From a virus (lineage: Duplodnaviria > Caudoviricetes): a DNA stretch of 30,571 nucleotides. Shown in pieces: positions 17,001 to 21,910 of the stretch. Within the stretch, counting starts at the first letter, position 1. Each line of letters begins with the position of its first letter. A program made the translations under genes and the position numbers. The notes under the pieces were generated by a model. The model was given only the letters and a program-made list of their open reading frames with translations. It made no database searches and was not told where the DNA came from. The stretch covers positions 1 to 30,571 of the IMG/VR virus record IMGVR_UViG_3300044674_004592; one strand, 5' to 3'.

Positions 17001-20000
17001 ATTATCAATATAACCTGTGACTAGATCTTGAATGAAACCTCTATTTGACTGAAGTTGTTTTCTTGCATTACGCTTGTCTGCAGTGATTGAAGTACTATCA
17101 GACCAAGTGATTGCTGAACCAAGAGTTGCAATACCATTTTCTTTTGCTCTCACAAAGTTATGGACGCCTGTGTAAGCACTTGTTGGTACGAATACTGTAA
17201 TTGTTGTATTTGTGACTGAAACAACTTCTATTGGACTATTAAAGGCACCGTCTGTTTGTCTTGGGTGTGAAATAGTTGCAACATTACCATCAGTATCGCA
17301 AGAGAATGTAATTGCATTTTCTGCAAATAGAATCTTACGACCTGGTGTTAAACTGTGTGTTCCAATTGTAATAACCATCTCACCTGTAGATGGGTTATAT
17401 GTAGCATTTGTTGGAGTATATTTTGTTCCAGTATTTCCAAGGATACCAATAATTTCATCAAATCCTGCATCCACACGACTTGTGCCGATGTAAGTATTTG
17501 CATCAATAATTTCGTTTGTCTGATCTTTAAGTCTACGATATCCTTCAATTGTTTCGTTTTTCTGTTGTCCCACAACTTTGGCAGCAGTTGCCATGTAGTA
17601 TGCGCGACCAGCTGTGACCGAGTTATAGTTGGTATCAAATAACATATCATTTTTAACAGCTGGTAGAATGTATTCTTTAGTGTCTCGGCGACATGTTTCA
17701 CTGTTATATGCATAGAACTCATCATTATTTTCAATCCAATCAATGAGTTCATCTTGGATAAATGACCTGTTATTTTGTAGTAATTCTCTGGCAGCAGTTT
17801 GTTCCACTGTTGTATCTTGCCAGACAATTGGATTCATATTTTCTTCACCAAACTCTACAACATTGTAAAGTTCCTGGAATGAAGTATTTGCTCTTGCAAT
17901 AATTTCTGCATTTGAACCAGAGAAGATATCCTCAACACGAGATTGTAGATATTGGTTTGCACCAAGTGTTGCATCAAGTTGTTCGCCGATAACTTTTGAA
18001 CTGATTGGTGAACGATATGTAATACCAGCAAGTCTGGACCAATAGTTTGTATTTAAAGCAATATCATATCCTACGCCATCAAGGATAATACCACTGTCTC
18101 GCTCACATTTATTTGCATCATAACCTGTATAACCTAATCCACCTTGAGCAGTATTAGCTGTTAGATAATCAACCATATCCTCAATAATTAAATCTTCATT
18201 TGTTTCAATGGTGTCAGCAAATGCAGTATTACCGATAATTGTAGCAGTTGTATTTTGTGGCTGGAAGAATTGAGTTGTACCTTTTGCTCTCATTGAGATG
18301 TCACCAAACTGAGTACCTGAGTTGTTCAGTGTCATTTGGCCACCATTCAATGCATAGAATGCACATCGTACGAAGATGGATAGAGAACCGATACCGTTAA
18401 CACCAGCACCATCTCTTGCCACATATCCTATACCGTTTTGTGAACGAGGGGTGAAACCAAAACAAAGTACATAAGTATAAAGTGAATCAGGGTCAAGTAC
18501 ACGCCTATCAGCAAGTACACAACCACCGCCTCTTCCAACTAATCTGTTAGGGAAGTCATCAATACCAACAGTTTCAACTACACCAGTACCACCAGACTCA
18601 GCTGTGACCGTATCGCCTGCAGCAAATCCTTGGCCATTTTTAAGGTTTCTGACATAAATTTCATTGTCTAATGCTAGGTCATCAACATAGGTAATATAAC
18701 CTACGGCACCAGAACTAAATTTAATTTCATCATCAACAGCAAATGTTCCTGTGTGAGTATTTGCAAGATAAAATTGTTGTCCTAAGTCAGCAAGTGTACC
18801 TTTACTATTATATGGGTTTAAAGGTGGTTCAACATCTAATCTATTGAAGTTTGATAACTGAGTACTATCTCTTAGGTATGGAGAACGCAGGAGTTTTGCA
18901 CCTGGTCTGTATGCGATAGCAAATCCACCTTCTGGGAAATCGAAGTTATCAATTTTCCAATTTTGATATGAGAAACCTTGAACATAACAACCTGAACCAA
19001 CAAGAACTGCGTTATTATTTTCATAGCCAGGTAATGCCTCAATTACAGTAGCATACTGACCAGATGTAGAGGTCAATGAACAATCATCTGGCAACATTAA
19101 ATTACCTTTGGTATAATATGTTCCGGGACCTGCAGAAATGTGCACAGCATTATTTACTGCGTTTCTATCAAAAGAACCACCGGCCTTTTCTAAACAAAGT
19201 TCGAATGCTCTTTCCATTGTTTTAACTGGTTGCATTTGAGTACCAGGCCAATCATCATCACCTGAACTTGCATCAACATGAACTTTTAATGCTTGTGCAG
19301 TTTTCTTGGAAACTTCATCAAACAATTGTCCAAAACTAATTTGTTCTGTTTCACCAGTTTGTTCGTTTCGAATTGCAAAATAACTTTCATCATCAATAGG
19401 CGGATCGAACTCTTTGGTAAGGTCCATATCAAAGTCGACAAGTTTAGATTGGTCAATAACACCACCACTAAATGTTGATGTCTCTAATGTACCATTTTCA
19501 AATGTTGAATTATTTGATGATAAGCCATCGGCTGATGAACTTCTGATTGTCATATCAGTAGCTACAACATTATCCATTGTACCTGTAAATGAGGTATTAG
19601 ATATTGTACCATCTGTGAATGTTGAATCATCAATTGTTGAGTTTGTAAGAACTACATTATTACCGGTTCCGTCATTAAACTCGGAATTTGTTATGATAAC
19701 ATTATTTGCTGTTCCGTCATTAAACTCGGAACTTGTGATAACTGAATTATTAACATTACCATCTAGGAAATTTGAAGCTGTGATATCAGTTGTTGTGATA
19801 TCTGAATTTGCTATGGAAAGATCTTCACCGGTAGAAGAAATTAATTGCCCATTTTGGAAAATTGAAGCAGAAATAGTGACATTATTTGCAGTCGAATCAT
19901 TTAACTGCGAATTTGTAATGACTGTATTATTTGCAACAGAATCAAGAAGTTGAGAATTCGTAATAACTACATTATTTGCTGTGGAGTCATTAAGTTCTGA

Positions 20001-20516
20001 ATTTGTAAGTACTACATTATTACCTGTTCCATCATTAAACTCAGAATTAGTAATAACTACATTATTTGCTGTAGAATCAAGAAGTTGTGAATTTGTGATA
20101 ACAACATTGTTCGCAGTACTATCATTAAGTTCAGAACTTGTAAGTACAACATTATTACCTGTGGAATTTGTAATTACGCCATTGTCAAATGTCGAACTAG
20201 TAATTGTGATATTATTAGCTGTGGAGTTTGTAATTTCTGTATTATCAATACTACCACGTATGAAATCAGTATCTTCAATATCAGAATTATCAATACGAAC
20301 ATTGTCAAGTCTTGAATCTGACATGACGACGCCGGAAATAGTTCCTCCGGTAATCGTAATTCTCGAAAAGATTTCATATTGAATCGCTTCAACTAATTCC
20401 TTTCGAGTGATATTACTTGTCCCGTCGTCACCTTGTACTAGGTTAACTATGACGAACAGGTCTTCCGACCTGGTATTAGCACCGGTAATCGGAGGTAATT
20501 CTGAAATCTTTGCCAT
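11025..20516 (-). CDS. Giant multidomain virion/fibre protein (3163 aa): 15-aa beta-solenoid repeats, a pectate-lyase-like beta-helix region, 12 phycobiliprotein-like helical repeats and four His/Cys beta repeats
   Basis: Continuous ORF with SD AAGGA and a MAKISELP start. HVDASSGDDDWPGTQMQPVKTMERA...AGPGTY resembles a DUF1565-like beta-helix cap. Repeated [KT]CxRD and YTP..ATY[DN]P.TG motifs. Confidence 0.85.
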   Translation of the reverse strand: MAKISELPPITGANTRSEDLFVIVNLVQGDDGTSNITRKELVEAIQYEIFSRITITGGTISGVVMSDSRLDNVRIDNSDIEDTDFIRGSIDNTEITNSTANNITITSSTFDNGVITNSTGNNVVLTSSELNDSTANNVVITNSQLLDSTANNVVITNSEFNDGTGNNVVLTNSELNDSTANNVVITNSQLLDSVANNTVITNSQLNDSTANNVTISASIFQNGQLISSTGEDLSIANSDITTTDITASNFLDGNVNNSVITSSEFNDGTANNVIITNSEFNDGTGNNVVLTNSTIDDSTFTDGTISNTSFTGTMDNVVATDMTIRSSSADGLSSNNSTFENGTLETSTFSGGVIDQSKLVDFDMDLTKEFDPPIDDESYFAIRNEQTGETEQISFGQLFDEVSKKTAQALKVHVDASSGDDDWPGTQMQPVKTMERAFELCLEKAGGSFDRNAVNNAVHISAGPGTYYTKGNLMLPDDCSLTSTSGQYATVIEALPGYENNNAVLVGSGCYVQGFSYQNWKIDNFDFPEGGFAIAYRPGAKLLRSPYLRDSTQLSNFNRLDVEPPLNPYNSKGTLADLGQQFYLANTHTGTFAVDDEIKFSSGAVGYITYVDDLALDNEIYVRNLKNGQGFAAGDTVTAESGGTGVVETVGIDDFPNRLVGRGGGCVLADRRVLDPDSLYTYVLCFGFTPRSQNGIGYVARDGAGVNGIGSLSIFVRCAFYALNGGQMTLNNSGTQFGDISMRAKGTTQFFQPQNTTATIIGNTAFADTIETNEDLIIEDMVDYLTANTAQGGLGYTGYDANKCERDSGIILDGVGYDIALNTNYWSRLAGITYRSPISSKVIGEQLDATLGANQYLQSRVEDIFSGSNAEIIARANTSFQELYNVVEFGEENMNPIVWQDTTVEQTAARELLQNNRSFIQDELIDWIENNDEFYAYNSETCRRDTKEYILPAVKNDMLFDTNYNSVTAGRAYYMATAAKVVGQQKNETIEGYRRLKDQTNEIIDANTYIGTSRVDAGFDEIIGILGNTGTKYTPTNATYNPSTGEMVITIGTHSLTPGRKILFAENAITFSCDTDGNVATISHPRQTDGAFNSPIEVVSVTNTTITVFVPTSAYTGVHNFVRAKENGIATLGSAITWSDSTSITADKRNARKQLQSNRGFIQDLVTGYIDNNYFIYDSDKCKRDQLEYIIPAVQRDVITGSNFNAIQSGEAYRGAHGDVVIEQQLPQTVGAITELKQLFANNVITDPSAEHLSNESFDQMIDILNNEGKTYTPTNATYDPITGVMVLTIGSHDLQVGESIYIADGSITFECGSPAVQISHPRPTDPYYRKAISIDKVSATTITCNVGDANGYTGAHTFISANANSVKLASYNSSYTPSTATYDPVTGVMTATIGKHNLVKGDFIQFKPLSITFECNGDEITHPRPADPYYKTPVRITAVTADTITMNVGDAGGYTGAHTFVRADVNAIDADPILWTDPASIQQFYTPTTATYDPVTGLSVVTIPGHNIAQGDYIEFLPYSFTFTCAQDGNATEHSYPRKGDGNYRAPMEVTVVAGDDITVNVGVGSGGAHTFVSVSNNAVARLTYNSAGQRAREQLQANRTFLQEEVMAYLDTQYFIFDGDKCSRDTGLILDAVRRDVATGSNYNSVFAGLSYRLGGAGAQLVYQEQLTETVGAIEYLKSEIATELTGGALTRSNVAFDEIIDILSNGEANADVIAFGTDEVSASHTEARTALQLNKAFLQAEVTAYIAETFPGLTYNVAKCERDTGFLVDAISWDIQHGSNAASVNFARMYYDNAIAVLPTDQILPTAKTWAHIAEVCYNIVRDVAVTPTTGNGATQDLTLTDVGINIGNAVRDLIGLTVNVIRDNTLEWLPSYDEPQIESGYTSAVNKIDGRTETLQSSVIDYIRDEYNGLPYNKAKCKRDVGLIVDAISKDIEYGGNASTIEAATYYFTRDPDVSAAYEQLRATNVLPLEVKGQFATLPDTANVSGLRESINILPYEQREPTRLAFAHLADVAANVAIETAVSVSNANTVPTQDTSGIPADVATAQSVHDLINTIANLVDDDETENIPTATNPRFDPNRTMARLQLQKNREFLQEEIIAYLNDRYFTFDGDKCKRDVGIIIDAVKRDQLTDSNFNAVFNGLAYRSGTTGTNLVVNEQLTETVKAVEYARDIAVAAITDTGAQERATNAFNEIIDIMGNGSGNADTITFGTVSANGNNGINARSQLQNNKAFLQAEMTAWLAVNHASLTYDVAKCERDVGYLVDSVSFDIMHGGNSASINNAKLYFENALSVLPEDQRAPTAQAFAHIAACAELIVQDTNIGGLKSVGNAASQDFSSGSAGVVLGQTVQDLFNIVADAISENDLDGMPDVVEPTASAYNQEYQDAVTELDGIKATVQGGVLGYLAQYFEVLPYNEDKCRRDTGYIIDAVSHDIQYGGNACTVNAAGMYFENAVNTLPKNQQQATKEAFTHLANTIEHVVQRTAVTATVGNAVAQDTVHVATNPLTATAAKNLTMIVANTVDDLNPTIANLPEKIEPLQTWQAANYVDSKELMEDNAVALADNVLSYISNVWNGLSYPKFKCRRDIGYLVDAISHDVQYDTNSATRITSQIYFENGVSVLPADTRIQTADVYNYLGTVVENIVQEIDVANTTYTDSTQDTSGTPATAVEGARVSELIGYVEDVIRNDSLAGLPGPEQANTAWVDSELLGAAQQIDDNTEILAQDLTDYINTEFGALDYNRDKCRRDTGYLLDAFSFDLNFGGNTASRWNADFYFWNNAYRIPEDQRIPTAKSYRQLGRICKDIVIGKYPGMTVGTQEIASDIEAAKVQKLADMFYKTQIYKDTKYLLAKEEPTYTNSIFEDALDIIKQNRQDLAFDTVRYVGATYKYIDINLTRRDAKNLLTAIENDFKYEDVTVPAPSYTTNGSSNATMTYTAAFFDWQGKHVFPVFNPSNPALKYQGSVQGPVSNGNLAAITGMKPNHAYIVATDMNVSEYAGTIYYWDGSAWQLDSTNNTDLLDAFTGAWDRMRDYIVNNYSPNSTHSLMVEGLFNDCLKGNILRPQKLTFGSLVESIAHQFNGASAGVNRNALPLNFRNLGAAISAVASVLNEDGGRIRWSGADELNNQYFARGLRINGRTGRIEGRPFTSSVRKLARRASNSRAVI
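11350..18230 (-). repeat. Eleven intact plus one degenerate ~140-165-aa helical repeats centred on [KT]-C-x-R-D
   Basis: Cys codons at 18105, 17691, 16971, 15645, 15228, 14754, 14166, 13743, 13254, 12765 and 12282 (aa 804, 942, 1182, 1624, 1763, 1921, 2117, 2258, 2421, 2584, 2745); degenerate LTRRD at 11832 (aa 2895). Confidence 0.9.
15774..17420 (-). repeat. Four ~95-100-aa beta-rich repeats YTP..ATY[DN]P.TG...TI..H...TF.C...H[PS]..R...H[TN]F
   Basis: One copy at about 17420-17130 and three tandem copies at about 16703-15774. Exact DNA repeats: 21 bp (16023-16043 = 16353-16373) and 25 bp (16134-16158 = 16440-16464). Confidence 0.85.
19436..20351 (-). repeat. Pentapeptide-like / 15-aa tandem repeat (NNVVITNSELNDSTA type)
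   Basis: Seen in the translation: NNVVLTSSELNDSTA-NNVVITNSQLLDSTA-NNVVITNSEFNDGTG-NNVVLTNSELNDSTA...; 45-bp periodicity in the DNA. Confidence 0.9.
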
Positions 20517-20537
20517 TTAGCTTTCCTTTATTCCCTA

Positions 20538-20545
20538 TACTTATA
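20538..20545 (-). promoter_or_regulatory. Possible late promoter variant TATAAGTA upstream of the giant gene
   Basis: One mismatch to T4 TATAAATA, 21 bp upstream of the ATG at 20516, within a 36-bp gap. Confidence 0.35.
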
Positions 20546-20552
20546 AGACCAA

Positions 20553-21716
20553 TTATATTCCGTCGCCATTTAAGCGACCCTCTAAATCATCTACTTTAGC
20601 TTTCAAGTCTTTAATTGCCTCTATTAATAGAGGAACAATATTTGCATAGCGAACTGCTTTGTAGCTCTCATTTTCTTGTTCAAACTCGTAAACAACCTCA
20701 GGTAATACTTTCTCAATCTCTTGAGCAATTACACCAGGCATTGTTTCATCTGGCCTGTCTTTATAATTAAACGTGTAGCCGTTAATTTGAGTAACTTTTT
20801 CTAATGCATTATTTAACCGAACAACATTTTCTTTAAGTCGTTCGTCTGATATTGAACCGTTTGTAGTAATATCACCAGTTGCAATTAAATCTCCATTATT
20901 ATATAGAGCTATTGCCGAAGTGCTGCCATTTTTAATAATTAGGTTGCCATCAATTTCTGAATTGCCACCAAATGTACTGGTTCCATTTATATTTACAGTT
21001 CCATTAAAATCAACTGTATTTGAAAATGTAATTTCACCAGAAATTGTGTCATTAGCATCACTTCTTACAAACTGTGTACTATTTAAACTGTCTAATGTGT
21101 CGGCGTCTACATTTAAAGCATCAATATCTTGTGTTCGTATTGCTGCTCTAGCACGAGCATCTGTAAACCATAAATTTGTTGCGCCTGGTTGTTCATTAAT
21201 ATCATCAGTATCTAGTCCTGAACCACCACCGCCGATATTAATACTTCCTACTGATAGTGTTCCAGTGACAACAGCATCTGGAACTGTAAGTGTACCAGCT
21301 GTTGATAAACTGAATTTAACTGGCGATGTGCCAGTATCAATAACAAAATTACCAGGATTACTACTTTCAATTCCAGCTAACCAAGTCAATGAGCCATCTG
21401 TAAAGTTTACTTGACCACCAGAACCAAAACTGAATGTGGCACAAGCTTGTGCTGTACTTGTGACAAGAATTGGGTCCCTAAAATTAACTGATGAATTAGT
21501 TCTTGCACCAATATCATTAGTTGAAAGTAATGTGTTTGAGATTAAATTACTAGCTGTAAAATCGCCGGTTAAAGTAGCATTACCAGTTGTTGTATCACCA
21601 GCACCCGCCGAAGCTGTCATCGCATCAGTTTGCAAAATACCAACCATCTCATTAGTTTTTGATAACCAATTCTGGAAGGTTTGAGTATTATTAATGGTGG
21701 ATATGCTTTTTGCCAT
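20553..21716 (-). CDS. Short fibre protein with a C-terminal S74 intramolecular chaperone (387 aa)
   Basis: N-terminal TFQNWLSKTNE motif; DADTLDSLNSTQFVRSD fibre motif; SDERLKENV..ALEKVTQINGYTFNYK..GVIAQEIEKVLPEVV..AVRYANIVPLLIEAIKDL, with Ser290 at 20847-20849. Confidence 0.85.
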   Translation of the reverse strand: MAKSISTINNTQTFQNWLSKTNEMVGILQTDAMTASAGAGDTTTGNATLTGDFTASNLISNTLLSTNDIGARTNSSVNFRDPILVTSTAQACATFSFGSGGQVNFTDGSLTWLAGIESSNPGNFVIDTGTSPVKFSLSTAGTLTVPDAVVTGTLSVGSINIGGGGSGLDTDDINEQPGATNLWFTDARARAAIRTQDIDALNVDADTLDSLNSTQFVRSDANDTISGEITFSNTVDFNGTVNINGTSTFGGNSEIDGNLIIKNGSTSAIALYNNGDLIATGDITTNGSISDERLKENVVRLNNALEKVTQINGYTFNYKDRPDETMPGVIAQEIEKVLPEVVYEFEQENESYKAVRYANIVPLLIEAIKDLKAKVDDLEGRLNGDGI

Positions 21717-21899
21717 CTACTTATTTTCCATTTCTTCTATCTTTTCCCAGATAGTAATTAAGCTTCGTTTAATCTCGAGAATGTCTTGCTGTATTGTATC
21801 TATTTTACGATAATAAGACCTTTCAATCTTATATTTATTCAAGGCAGCGGCATCTGTGTTCAGTACTGCTTGACTTTTCTTATCTCTTATTAAACTCAT
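21717..21899 (-). CDS. Conserved small hypothetical protein following VrlC in T4-like marine phages (60 aa, coiled C-terminus)
   Basis: LIRDKKSQAVLNTD...YK...I..IQQDILEIKRSL; SD AAGGA upstream; abuts the next gene. Confidence 0.75.
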   Translation of the reverse strand: MSLIRDKKSQAVLNTDAAALNKYKIERSYYRKIDTIQQDILEIKRSLITIWEKIEEMENK

Positions 21900-21910
21900 T
21901 CATAAATTCC

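Noticed and set aside
11350-18230. CxRD repeats read as c-type heme or Fe-S motifs, or as true host-derived cpc/apc/cpe genes
   Set aside because: There are no CxxCH or multi-Cys clusters. The repeats are internal domains of one ORF and lack the X/Y helices and the LR..Y motif, so no phycobiliprotein gene symbol is assigned.
19640-20170. 45-bp periodic DNA repeats considered as a CRISPR array
   Set aside because: The units are degenerate at synonymous positions, in frame, and have no unique spacers; they encode a protein repeat.
19414-21684. Plus-strand ORFs of 82-179 aa antisense to the solenoid repeat and the short fibre
   Set aside because: Antisense mirror frames that stay open because of codon bias in the real genes; there is no evidence of plus-strand genes in the window.
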